Below, piece after piece: positions 1 through 11,881 of a DNA stretch of 64,000 bases. Source of the stretch: Felis catus (taxonomy: Eukaryota). The DNA lies in the NCBI RefSeq assembly GCF_018350175.1, contig NC_058369.1, positions 6,574,001-6,638,000 of the forward strand, read 5' to 3'. Under the pieces are notes generated by a model, which was not told the DNA's origin, ran no database searches, and was given only the letters and a program-made list of their open reading frames with translations. A program made the position numbers and the translations under genes. Every line of letters begins with the position of its first letter. Position 1 is the stretch's first letter.

Positions 1-269
1 CATATGGCTGGGAGGGACAGTCTGTTGCACCCTTGGAAATCCATTGGCTAATAGTGCACTGGCCGGCACCCGAAAGAGACCCATGGTTGCAGGGAGGGGG
101 TATTATCTGTATCGTACATTCATGTAAATTAAATACATGTACACAATACACACTCAAACTTATTCATACCAGGATAAGGGAGAAATATAACAAATGCACA
201 TTTTAGCAACTGATTACCTTGGTGGGATTGATGCCTTCTTTTGTTACCTATTTTATATTTGCTTTGTTC

Positions 270-512
270 TCAGCTGGTTGTGGTTTGCTGCCTGATGAGG
301 GAGCCTAGTCCTCATTCCTGAAGGGTCTGGGCCATTAGTCCCACCCGGACTGGTTTCTTGTAGTTTTCCAGAGACTTAAATCACAGGGCATGGTGCTACT
401 AAGAAAGCCTTAAGAAATTTCCTTTAGACTTAGGCTTCCTTATCTGCACTGCAGAGCAGCAAACCATTTTCCCTTTGGGAATCAGGATCAGTCACCTCAG
501 CCAGTACTGAAG
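270..512 (-). mobile_element. ERVL/MaLR internal-region fragment (dUTPase-like 3' segment)
   Basis: Minus strand translates, with stops, as VLAEVTDPDSQRENGLLL...LVAPCPVI*VSGKLQ...NGPDPSGMR. This matches the ERVL motif VLAGVIDPDYQGEIGLLL...PCPVIKVNGKLQ...GPDPSGMK. Confidence 0.7.
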
Positions 513-659
513 AAAAATTCTTTCTTTGCCTGTAAATTCACAGGCAGCCTTAACGTGGGCCGTTCACCCCAGGGACCCAGGGAGTGGCGCCTTCTCACGG
601 ACTCCGCTTCGGCCTCTCAATGCAGGGAAACACTCCCACTTCACCTCCCCTCCTGTTTG

Positions 660-1563
660 CCACTCTCCCCAGTATAATTTGTTGGAAAACTGTCCTTTTC
701 CTCATTGAATGGTCTTGGTACCCTTGTTGGAAATTACTTGACCATGTATTTCAGGGTTTATTTCTGGGCCCTAGATTCGATTCCACTGGTCTATCTATGT
801 GCCAGGACCCCACTGTTTTAATAACTGTAGCTTTGTTGTAAGTTTTGAGATTAGGAAGTGTGATGTCTCCAGTTTTGGTCTTCTTTTTCTTTCTTTTTTT
901 TTAAAAATTTTTTTTTTCAACGTTTTTTATTTATTTTTGGGACAGAGAGAGACAGAGCATGAACGGGGGAGGGGCAGAGAGAGGGAGACACAGAATCGGA
1001 AACAGGCTCCAGGCTCCGAGCCATCAGCCCAGAGCCCGACGCGGGGCTCGAACTCCCGGACCGCGAGATCGTGACCTGGCTGAAGTCGGACGCTTAACCG
1101 ACTGCGCCACCCAGGCGCCCCTCGGTCTTCTTTTTCAAGATTGCTGTGGCTATGCAGAATCCCTTGAGATTTGATACGAATTTTAGGATGGATTTTTCTG
1201 TTTCTGTAAAAAACACCATTGGAGTTTTGATACGGATTGCATTGAATTCGTAGATCACTTTGGGTACTAGGGTGGTTTTAACAATACAGAGTCTTCCAGT
1301 CCATGACATGGAACGTTTTCCCATTTATTTATGTCTACTTCATTTTTTTTTTTTTTCCAGCAATGTTTTATAGCTTTCAGTGTTCAAGACTCTTGCTTCT
1401 TTGGCTAAGTTTATTCCTAAGAACTTTATTCTTTTTGATGCTACTGTGGATAGAATTTTTAAAATTAAAAAAAAATTTATTGTGTGCATAGAAACAAATA
1501 ATTTTTGTACGTTGCAAATAATTTTTGTATCTTGCAACTTTGCTGAATTAATTTACTAGTGCA

Positions 1564-1601
<38 letters not shown>

Positions 1602-2790
1602 TCTTCAGGGGTTTCTACATGTGGGATCATGTCATTTGTGAACAGGAATAATTTTACTTCTTCCTTTACAGTTTATATGCTTTTGTATTTCTTTTTCTTG
1701 CCACATAATTGCTTGGTTAGGATTTACAATATCATGTTAACTAGAAGTGGCAAAAAGCAGGTATCCTTGTCTTGTTCCTGATGTTAAGGAAAACACTTTC
1801 AGACTTTTACCATTGAGTCTGATGATAGCCTTGGGCTTTTCATATATGGCCTTTATTATGTTGAGTGTTTTTATCATGAAAGGCTGTTGAGTTTTGAGTT
1901 TTTTAAAAATGTACTTTCTGTATCAATAGAAATGATCCTGTGGGTTTTTTCCCCATCATTTTGTCAATGTTGTATATTACATCGATTGATTTTCATAAAT
2001 TGGGTCATCCTTGGATTCCAGCAATAAATCCCCCTTGGCTGTGGTGTGTGATCTTTTTAATATGCTGCTGAATTTGGTTTGCTAGTGTTTTGTTGAGGAT
2101 ATTTACACTAATATTCATGAGAGATATTGGTCTGCAGCTTTCTTTTCTTGTATTGTCTTTGTTTGACTCTGTGATCAGGGTGGTACTGGCCTTCGAAGAA
2201 TGAGGAAGAAAGTGTTCCCTCCTCTTTAATTTTTTGGAGGCATTTGACAAGGGTTGATATTAACCATTTCTGTAAATGGTTGGGAGAATTCAACAGTGAA
2301 GTCGTGTGGTCCAAGGTTTTCTTTTGTTGAAAAGTTTTTGATTACCAATTCAATCCTCTTGCTAGTTAAAGGTCTATCTGGATTTTTCTGGTTCATTGTG
2401 ATTCAGTTTTGGTAGGCTGTGTGTCTAGGAGTTTGGACGACCTAGACGAAATGGACAATCTGGGCATACAATTGCTTATATTACTCATACTTTTTTTTTT
2501 TTTTTGCTTCTGCAAAATCAGTGGTAACATCCCCACATTCATTTTTTATTTTAGTAATTTGAGTCTTCAATCCTTTTTTTTCTTAGAATAACTAACATCT
2601 TGTCAATTTGGTTGATTTTTCCAAGAATCAACTTTTGTTGACTTTCTGTTTTGCTTTCTCTTGACTATTTTATTTATCTTCATTCTAATCTACATTATTT
2701 CCTTCCATATGATAGCTTTGGATTTAGTTTGCCTTTCTTTTCCCAAATTTTTAGGATGTAAATTCAGGTTGTTGACAAGAGATAAATAAA
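660..2790 (-). mobile_element. Old L1 ORF2 fragment, interrupted by a SINE and a (TG)n tract
   Basis: Minus-strand ORF pieces resemble L1 ORF2 ([45 protein letters not shown]). Confidence 0.9.
891..1121 (-). mobile_element. Young felid CanSINE (SINEC_Fc type)
   Basis: Reverse complement begins GGGGCGCCTGGGTGGCGCAGTCGGTTAAGCGTCCGACTT, followed by (CT)n and an A tail; TSD ggtcttctttttc on both sides. Confidence 0.97.
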
Positions 2791-3469
2791 ATTGAGTTAC
2801 TGAATATTTGTTTGAAATAAAGTGCCCTCTGTGGGTGGTACAGGTCGTTATCAGTGAGTGTTGCTTATCTTTTATCTTGTTGCTAAAGCATCAGATGAAA
2901 TGATGCTGCAAGGTTCTTTGTTGATTCAGACACAAGCTTGTTCAAACTTTACCAAATCCTTCAGAGCAGTAGTCTGACAACTACCCTGAACTCCTTTTAG
3001 GCATAGGAATTATGGGCACAGGATTATGGAGCTCTCTGTCTCAGGATGGATTTGTCTCCCACCACCACCTTGGAAGTTATACTGGTCACATAACATGATT
3101 ATATCATAGAGGTGTGAGGAACAACGTGTTTTTCCTAATTGTTTTTCACCTGGATGGAGGGAGTCAGGTGCACAGCCTCAGGCCAAGAGTTTCCCCAGAG
3201 CTTTTCGATGAGGTGCACAGCTCCTATCTGTCTCTTTTCTCTTCACGATGGGGTACCTCTATCCATAATAGTTTTGGGGAGAGATTACTTCACACTTGTC
3301 ATTTCAGTAGATGCCCTTGCACTGGAGGGAAGGGACAGCCAGGATGCTGATCTTTGGGGTTAGAATTTCAATCTTACTTTCTCTCATTTGTGTGAGGACC
3401 TCCCTTCTAGCTATCTCATTTCATGTTTCCTTCTCACTTTTTTCCCCTCTATCTTTAACCACTATATGA

Positions 3470-4128
3470 AATGGGGTATTTTATGCAAATGATCTCATAA
3501 AGTAGAGATGAATGTAATTTATGGCAATGTAGCAAGCTCCATGACACTTGGCATGATGGCAGAATCCTATTTAACCTTGGAGAAGGTGTGGGTGATGGTA
3601 GCAGAGTGGGATATGTCTTGTGTGAGACACATATTATATTCTTTCCGTGGAACTCTCACATTTCACACCAGAAGAGGGACATCCCTCCTTTTACGTACTT
3701 TCTCAAGACATTTAATCCTTCCCAGTACTTAGAAGACTTTTACTTCAGTAAATTTTGACTTGAAAAAAAAATTTAAGAGAGAGAGCATGAGCGGGGGAGA
3801 GGGAGGGAGGATCTTAAGCAGGCTCCATGCTCAGCATGGACACGGGGCTTGATACCACAACCCTGGGATTGTGACCTGAGCCAAAATCAAGAATCAGATG
3901 CTTAACCAACTGAGCCAGCAAGGTGCCTCTCGCTTGAAATTTTTTACTGTTCACTTGCTAGATCACTATGTGGAAAAGTTGGAGACTGCCCACCAAATTC
4001 TTTGTTAGAGCTTATGCCAGATATTGACATAATTACCATGTCTGACTCCAGTTATTTTATCTATGATGCCATGTATGCCATGGCCCAAGCCCTCTGTGAA
4101 ATACTTTTGGTGGAAACAGAAGTGGGTT
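3470..4128 (+). pseudogene. Vomeronasal type-2 receptor (V2R, class C GPCR) pseudogene, large extracellular-domain exon relic
   Basis: Translation with frameshifts: VIYGNVAS...LEKVWVMVAEWD...SFRGTLTF/HQKRDIPPFTYFLKTFNPSQYLEDFYFSKF [SINE] FYCSLARSLCGKVGDCPPNSLLELMP...MSDSSYFIYDAMYAMAQALCEI. This matches V2R motifs KVWITTSQWD, SFHGTL, IPGFKxFLQTVNPSKYPED and SYNIYNAVYAVAHALHEM. Confidence 0.88.
3766..3930 (-). mobile_element. Older CanSINE inserted in the V2R pseudo-exon
   Basis: CanSINE reverse complement (cttaaccaactgagcca...ggtgcc); short TSD cttgaaa. Confidence 0.9.
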
Positions 4129-4219
4129 CTTTTTTCTAATTTAAATCTAAGTTAGTGAACATATAATGTAATAATGATTTCAGGAATAGACTTTAGTGAT
4201 TCATCACTAATTCACAATT

Positions 4220-4555
4220 CCAGATTTCAAGTTATAGTACAAAGCAGTAGTAATCAAAGCAGTAAGATACTGGATTAATGGAATACAATAGAAAACCCAG
4301 AAATAAACTCATTATTATATCATCAATTAATATTTGACAAAGGAGGAATGAATATAAAATGAGAAAGAGTCTCTTCAGCAGATGGTGTTGGGAAAACTGG
4401 ACACCTACATGCAAAAGAATGAAACTGGACCACTTTCACCATACACAAAAATAAACTCAAAATGGATTAAAGACCTAAATGTGAAACCTGGAACTATAAA
4501 AATCCTTGAAGAATGCACAGGCAATAATTTCTTTGACATCAGCCATAGTGATATA

Positions 4556-4586
<31 letters not shown>

Positions 4587-5750
4587 AGATAGGTCTCCCC
4601 TGAGTCAAGGGAAATAAAAATAAACTACTGGGACTACATCAAAATAAAACTTTTCTGCACAGCAAAGGAAACAATCAACAAAACTAAAAGGCACTACTGA
4701 ATGGGAGGAGATATTTGCAAATGACATATCCGATAAAGGGTTAGTATCCAAAATATATTACGAACACAACTCAATACCCCAAAACCAGATAATTCAATAA
4801 AAAATGGGCAGAAGACAAACAGCTGTCCAACAGACACACAAAAAGATGCTCAACATCACTCATCAGAGAACTACAAATCAAAACCACAATGACACATCAC
4901 CTCACACCAGATGGAAAGGACTAAAATAAAAACAAAAGAGGAAGACCTGGGTAGCTCGTTGGTTGAGCATCCAACTCTTGATTTCGGCTCATGTCATTAT
5001 CTCATGGTTTGTGAGCTCGAGCGCTGCGTTGGGCTCCATGTTGACAGTGTGGAGCCTGCTTGGGATTCTCTCTCTCCCTCTGTCTCTGCCCCACTCCCCT
5101 GCTCATGCTCTCTCAAAATAAATAAATAAATAAGCTTAAAAAAAAACAAGTATTGGTGAGGATGTGGAGAAAAAGGAAACTTTGTGCATTGTTGATAGGA
5201 ATGCAGACTGGTGCAGCCACTGTGGAAAACAGTATGGAAGTTCTTCAAAAACTTAAAAATAGAGCTACCCTATTATCTAGTAATCACACTGCTGGATATT
5301 TACCCAAACATACAAAAGCACTAATTTAAAGGGATATGTGTACCCTTCATTTATTGCAGCATTATTTACAATAGCCAAACTATGGAAGCAGCCCAAGTGT
5401 TCGATAGATAAATGGATTAAAATGTGGTATATATTTACAGTGGAATATTATTCAGCCATAAGAAAGAATGCAGTATTTCCATTTGCAACACCACGGATAG
5501 AGCTAGAATGCATAATGCTAAGTGAACTAAGAGAAAGACAAATGCCATATGATCTCACTTATATGTGTAATTTAAGACACAAAACAAATGAGCAAAAGAA
5601 AAAAAGACAAACCAAGAAACAGATTCCTAAGTATAGATAACAAACTGATAGTTACCAAAAAGAGGATGTGGGGGGGTGGGTGGGGAAAATAGGTGATGGG
5701 GATTAGAGAGTGCACGTGTCATGATAAAAAAATTTAAAAAATTTAAAAAA
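4220..5750 (+). mobile_element. 5'-truncated carnivore L1 (ORF2 3' end and 3'UTR) containing a CanSINE at ~4939-5146
   Basis: [17 protein letters not shown] and FIAALFTIAKLWKQPKC motifs, G-rich 3'UTR, A tail. Confidence 0.9.
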
Positions 5751-5995
5751 GAATCCTGTATAATCTCACATGTGGAATCTTTAAAAGAAACAAAACAACT
5801 CACAGAAAAAGAAATCAGACATGTGGTTGCCAGAGGATGTGCAGGGAGGGAGAATTGGAGGAAGGGAGTCAGAAGGTACAAACTTCCAGTTATAAGTCAG
5901 TACTAGAGGTGCAAAGTACAACACAAGGATTCTAGCTTACACTACTATATTATATATATTTGGTTTTTAAAAAAATTTTTTAAAGATGTTTATTT

Positions 5996-6648
5996 AAAAA
6001 AAAATTTAATGCTTACTTTTGATAGAGACCGAGTATGAACCATAAGAGGGGCAGGGAGAGAGGGAGACACAGAATCTGAAGCAGGCTCCAAGCTGTCCGC
6101 ACAGAGCCTGACACAGGGCTTGAACTCACTGTGAGATCATGACCTGAGCCAAAGTTGGACGCTTAACCAACCGAGCCACCCAGGTGCCTCATGATGTTTA
6201 TTTATTTTTTTTTATTTTTTTTTATTTTTTAAATTTCTTTTCAACGTTTATTTATTTTTGGGACAGAGAGAGGCAGAGCACTAACGGGGGAGGGGCAGAG
6301 AGAGAGGGAGACACAGAATCGGAAGCAGGTTCCAGGCTCTGAGCCATCAGCCCAGAGCCCGACACGGGGCTCGAACTCCCGGACCGCGAGATCGTGACCT
6401 GGCTGAAGTCGGACGCTTAACCGACCGCGCCACCCAGGCGCCCCATGATGTTTATTTTTGAAAGAGAGAGACAGAGCACAAATGGGGGAAGGGCAGAGAG
6501 AGGGAAACACAGAATCCTAAGCAGGCTCCAGGCTCTGAGCTGTCAGCACAGAGCCCGACATGGGGCTTGAACTCACAAAAGATCATGAGATCATGATCTG
6601 AGCCGAAGTCAGACAGACGCTTAACTGACTGAGCCATCCAGGCGCCCC
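5996..6648 (-). mobile_element. Stack of three CanSINEs (~5996-6190, ~6204-6444, ~6445-6648) inside an L1M 3' end (5750-6870)
   Basis: Three consecutive reverse-complement CanSINE bodies; gatgtttattt is repeated at the junctions. Confidence 0.95.
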
Positions 6649-7057
6649 AAGATATTTGTTAAGAGAGTAAATCCTAAGAGTTCTATTCACAAGGAAAAAA
6701 ATTTATTGTATCTATATGATATGATGGATGTTAGCTGAACTGAATGTGATAATCATTTCACAATATATGTAAATCAAACTTTCACACTGTATACTTTAAA
6801 CTTCTACAGTGATGTATATCAATTATTTCTCAACAAAACTGGGGAAAACCCCCATTAAAAAATAAAATACGTAAAAATAGAATTTCCATATGACCCAATA
6901 ATTTCACTACTGGGTATTTGCCCAAAGAATACAAAGACACTAATTTGAAAAGATATATGCACCCCTATTTATAATAGCCAAATTAGGGAGGGAATCCAAG
7001 TGTCCATCAGTAAATGAATGGATAAAGAAGAATGGAAAATTCCATTGTATATATATT

Positions 7058-7092
<35 letters not shown>

Positions 7093-7129
7093 CCAGAATA
7101 TGACTCAGCCATAAAAAGAATGAGCCTAG

Positions 7130-7594
7130 AGTCCCAGCTGATTCCTACTGCACTCCTGCAGTCACCCACGTCCTCTTTCCTTTCAACATGACAGATGTCT
7201 CTGTGTCCTTTGCCAACAACTTCCTGGCAGGTTGAGTGGCTGAGGCCATCTCCAAGACTGTGGCGGTGCCTACTGAGCAGGTCAGGCTGCCCCTGCAGGT
7301 GCAGCATGCCGGCAAGCAAATCCTCAGATAAGCAATACAAGGGCATTATAAACCGCCAAACTGCATGGTTCATATCTCCAACGAGCAGGGATCCCTGTCC
7401 TTCTGGCCAATGTCATTAGATACTTCCCCACCCAGGCTCTCAACTTTGTCTTCAAAGGTAAATACAAGCAGATCTTGGGTGGTGTGAACGAGAGAACCCA
7501 GTTTGGCACTACTCTGCAGGGAATCTGGCATCAGGCCGTGCCACTGGGGCCACATCCTTGTGTTTTGTGTATTCCTTTAATTTTGCCCATACCC
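7130..7594 (+). pseudogene. SLC25A5: Processed pseudogene of ADP/ATP translocase 2 (5' part only)
   Basis: 5'UTR ...ctctttcctttcaac then ATG at 7188. Translation [82 protein letters not shown] is intronless, with stops and frameshifts. The MTDxxVSF start and 5'UTR fit ANT2 better than ANT1/ANT3. Confidence 0.9.
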
Positions 7595-7891
7595 TCCCCA
7601 GGAGGGTGACCCCTGGATATGGTGACCCCAGGATCTCTTCTTCAAAAGGCCACTACTCTCATGATCAGGATACATAGCTGACTTATCTAATGCATAGAAA
7701 TAAACATAAAGAGATAGACAAAATGAGACAGAGGAATATGTCTCAAATGAAAGAAAAAGCACAAAAGAACTAAATAAAACAGAGATAAGCAATATGCCTG
7801 ATAAGAATTCAGAATAATGGTCATAAAGGTACTTCCCGGACTTGAGAAAAGAGTGGAGGATCTCAGTGAAGTCTTCAAAAAGAAATAAAAA

Positions 7892-8038
7892 AGAAAAAAG
7901 GAAGCAGCCACAGATTAAGAGTTCAATAATTGGAAGGAATTAATAGTAGATTAGAGGAGACAGAAAAAAGGAAGCAGCCACAGATTAAGAGTTCAATAAT
8001 TGGAAGGAATTAATAGTAGATTAGAGGAGACAGAAAAA
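7892..8038 (+). repeat. Perfect 70-bp tandem duplication
   Basis: agaaaaaaggaagcagccacagattaagagttc...gaggagac occurs twice (cagattaaga at 7911 and 7981). Confidence 0.95.
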
Positions 8039-9044
8039 TGGATCAGTGACCTGGATCAGTGTAATGGGAAGTAACCAAGCTGAACAGCAAAAATAAAAAT
8101 GAATAATAAAAAATGAGAATAGGTGAAGGAAACTCAGCAACATCACCAGATGTAACAGCATTCACATTATAGGATCCTAGAAGGAGAGGAGAGAGAAAAT
8201 GGGCAGAAAATGCATTTGAAGTAATAATAGTGGAAAACTTCCCTAATCTGGGGAAGGAATCGGACATCCACATCCAAGGAGGCACAGAGAGCACCCAACA
8301 AAGTCAACCCAAGGAGGTCCACACCAAGACACATAGTAACTAAAGTGGCAAAAAGAATAAAAAGAGAATTTTAAAAGCATCAAGAGAAAAGAAACAGTTA
8401 CATACAAAGGAAAAGCCCATAAGGCTATCAGCTGATTTTTCAGCAGAAACTTTGCAGGTTAGAAGGGAGTGGCATGATATATTCAAAGTGCTAGAAGGAA
8501 AATAAAACAAAGAATACCGAGCAAGGTTATCTTTCAGAATAGAAGGAGAGATAAAGAATTTCCTAGACAAACAAAAGGTAAAGGAGTTCATGACCACTAA
8601 AGCAGCCTTACAAGAAATGTTAAAGGAGGGGTACCTGGGTGGCTTAGTTGGTTAAATGTCTGACTCTTGATTTTGGCTCAGGTCATGATCTCATGGTTCA
8701 TGAGATCAAGCCCCATGCTAGGGCCCATGCTGACAGCATGGAGCTTCTTGGGATTCTCTCTCTCCGCCCCTCCCCTGCACACATGTGCATGCTCTCTTTC
8801 TCTCTCTCCCTCAAATATATAAATAAATAAGCTTAAGAAAAAAAAGAAATTATAAAGGGAATTCTTTGGAAAGACAGGCCACAATCAGGAGTTAGAAAAT
8901 TAGGAAAGGAAAAAAAAATCACTGCTAAATGCAAACATAATAAAAGTAGTAGATTAATCAATTATAAAAGCAGTACAGAGGTTTAAGTACAAAAACAGTA
9001 AATTCAATTATATCTATAAATATCAGTCAAATAATTCACAAAAG

Positions 9045-9888
9045 TGTCGTTGACTCTGGGTCTAAAGTTCTCTCTTGTCTAGCAAGACAGCGGGATGCAG
9101 GATGACAGATGAGAGATGGCAAATGTCCGGGAAAAGACAAGAGCCCCGAATAAGGGTCCTTGCCCCGTTTTTATTAGGATCAGAAGGCTTAGGAACATGG
9201 CAATGGAAGTGCACAGACGATGAATCTATGAATGTTAACTTGTGGATGTGAGGGAAAGGGGGTCTTGAGGATATTTATGGTTAGGGGCTTGGGTTAATAC
9301 AAAACAAAATCCGGGTGCCTGGCAGTCAGGAGGAAGGTTGTTTACAGCGGACACGAGGCAGCCCCTCTGTTTACCTTAGCTACCTAGGGGATGAGACAGG
9401 GGAAATGACCTCAGGGTTGACAAGGCACCTTTTCTTTTGTTAACCATCTCTGCTCTGGGCTGCTTCACCTGCAGCGCAGCAGGTCTATAGGCCAATTTAC
9501 CTGTTTACCTAACTTGGTCCTTCCTGTGAAAGCAGCTTTCTGCTATAGTACTAAATTGGGGGTGCTTCCACCCTGAATATCTAATCTTGTTCATTTCATA
9601 TACCTATGTATTGGGCACCTTTGCATTGGCTCCTATTTTAGGCCTTTGCCCCTCCCTCTCTATTCTGGGGGCTCTTCACCCCCTCTCTATTTTGGGGTGC
9701 CTTTGCACCTCCCTATTCCTGGCACCTTTGTGCCTCCCTATTCTCGGGGTGCCTTTGCACCCCCTATTCTTAGGGTACCAATCTGGTTTACCCAAACTCG
9801 GGTGTGAGTATTTTATGAATTGGCATTTCTTTATGCCTTGTTAACCCATTGGTGTAAGCACGGGGGATTCCTAAGCTTATCCACCACA
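9045..9888 (-). repeat. 3' LTR (844 bp)
   Basis: Aligns along its length to 17494-18353; preceded on the minus strand by PPT AAAAAGGGGGAAC (9889-9901); minus-strand AATAAA near 9170. Confidence 0.96.
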
Positions 9889-11881
9889 GTTCCCCCTTTT
9901 TGTTTTTCTTGGTTCTTTTAGTCTTGTGTTTGAGGACCATCATGATGAGCTCCTGGTCCTTCTTTTGCTTTTGGGTGGCCTGAAGAGTGATTCTGCAAAG
10001 ACATAAAAGGAGACATAGTAGAAAGATTCTGCTCCCCAGAGTTATCCAGAATTTGAGATGGGTGCTAGCCATAAGTGAGAAAGGATTTAGGTTGTGCCAC
10101 ATTTCCCAGGAATCAGCCCATTCTTTTTTAAGCCGATCCTCTGCATACTGTAGCTGTTGGTGCAATGTCATATCTAAATTTTTTATGTTGTCAGGTTGGA
10201 AGAAAAGACAGTGCAAAGGTGTGTCTGGACAGCATCCCAAGCTTGGGAGTGATTATAAGGAATGCCAGTCATGCAGATATGCTGGTAGTTAGGGTCACAG
10301 AGCAGTTTAGAGTGGAGGAACAAGGCCTCCTCTCTCTTTCCAATAAATTCTACTGCAGCATCAAGAGCTTTGAGGCAGGACAAGACTTGTTTATCAGTGG
10401 AAGTCTGGCTCATGAGTTCTTTGGTGGTGTTCACCATAAATTTATTAAGGACATGGGCTCTCTGGATAATATGATGCAGGCTGATTCCAGCTACAATGGC
10501 AGAGGTGATAATGCCTGCTCCTTCTAGGATGCCCATGATTAACAGGCCAACAAATCTTTTCTGCCTTGCAGCAGAGTGCCAGTGTCGAATAAGCTTGGAA
10601 AGCGTGCCTAGTCCTGACAGATGCATATAGGGTTCAGAGCTATTAACAGGAACCAGGCTGAGATGTGCTAAGTACTAATAAGGAGGAGATGTTTAATTGG
10701 GTGATGTTATCATTACTTACACAGGACATAAACCAACCTTGGGAGGTAGAGACATTACAATTATTTCCTAGTTGTCGGATCTGTGAGGTGGAGGTAGCAA
10801 AGAGAACATAGGGAGAAGGAACGCAAATAGTGGTCCATGTGAACTGGTCATTGTACAGGGAAGTCCAAGTTAGGTTAGCACGTTGTTTTACATAAATCTC
10901 ATTGTGGCCAATAGTAGGAGTGAAGAAGGGAAGACCTAGCTTCCAAAGATTAGCAAGCCAAGGTTCTTTTAATTTCCCTTTATGTGCAGAAATTATAGGA
11001 CCAGACAAGCCTCCATTTTCCCAAAGAATATCCTCCCTACTAGCCTGGCCAAAGGGTATGGTCTTATTAGAATATTTTGTTTCAAGATGTCCTCTAGGAC
11101 CCCTGTCAATAATAGTCCAATTGCTCCCAGTGAAGGTTATGCTCAGTTTCTCCATAACAGGTTGTCCAGGGGTAATGTTCCAGGGATGGTCTGAATATTT
11201 GAGATTAGAGCAAGCCACAACGTTAGAAGTGTGAGATATGTTTGGTTTTTGAGGTATATCAAAGCTTGCAGCTTTGAAAAAGGTAAGGTTGTCTGCTGTT
11301 GTAGAGGTTTTGGGCTGTACATGGAAAAGCCAGTTGAGTTTTAGTTTCAGGCAAGCAGGTAAGTTGTTGAGTTTAGTAACACATAGGAGGTGCTGGAGGA
11401 AGCCACCATTGAGGCCTTGGCATAGAAAGCCAATGGTTTTGTTCCATTTGGAAGGGCGGGTTAAGATTGGCTCCTCCCATGAACTCAGTGTCATTATTGC
11501 TAATAGGAATATCCCGGTCCAGGAGTGTTAGGCTGTCAAATATAGGTGGGTTAAGGAGATGAGCCCAATATGAATATTCAGCTTTACCTGGACAAATGAG
11601 GGCAAGGAATATAACCAGGGTTACCCGCATCAAATTTCTGTTAGTGATGGAGATCATGGCCATCAGGTGCGAGTCAGGGGTGTATGCAATACCACTGTGC
11701 TGTAAGAGGGTGCCAGCCTGGTTAGACAGGTGCTTAAGGCTTCCCCATGTTATATCAGGAGGAAGGACTTGCGTTTGTAGAGTGGCTTCAGGGTGGGGAG
11801 TCCACGAAGAGGCTTCTTCCATCTTGAAGAAGAGGGGCATGGCTGCTCACTCAGAGTCATTCTCTGGAAGTCTTGGTTCAT
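9889..11881 (-). pseudogene. env: ERV env (frameshifted): long signal peptide, SU, furin site RQKR, TM
   Basis: ITWGSLKHL...EYSYWAHLLNPPIF; RQKR/FVGLLIMGIL fusion peptide; CDPNYQHIC (CX7C); membrane anchor IFLLCLLLCLCR; no gamma-type ISD/CX6CC. Confidence 0.93.

Noticed and set aside
891..1121. tRNA gene (also applies to the other SINE heads)
   Set aside because: The A/B boxes belong to tRNA-derived CanSINEs with (CT)n and A tails.
2820..3460. Possible upstream V2R exon or DNA-transposon end
   Set aside because: No convincing translation or consensus match by eye; left unassigned.
9889..11881. Domesticated syncytin-like env
   Set aside because: env is split over at least four frames; there is no intact ORF.
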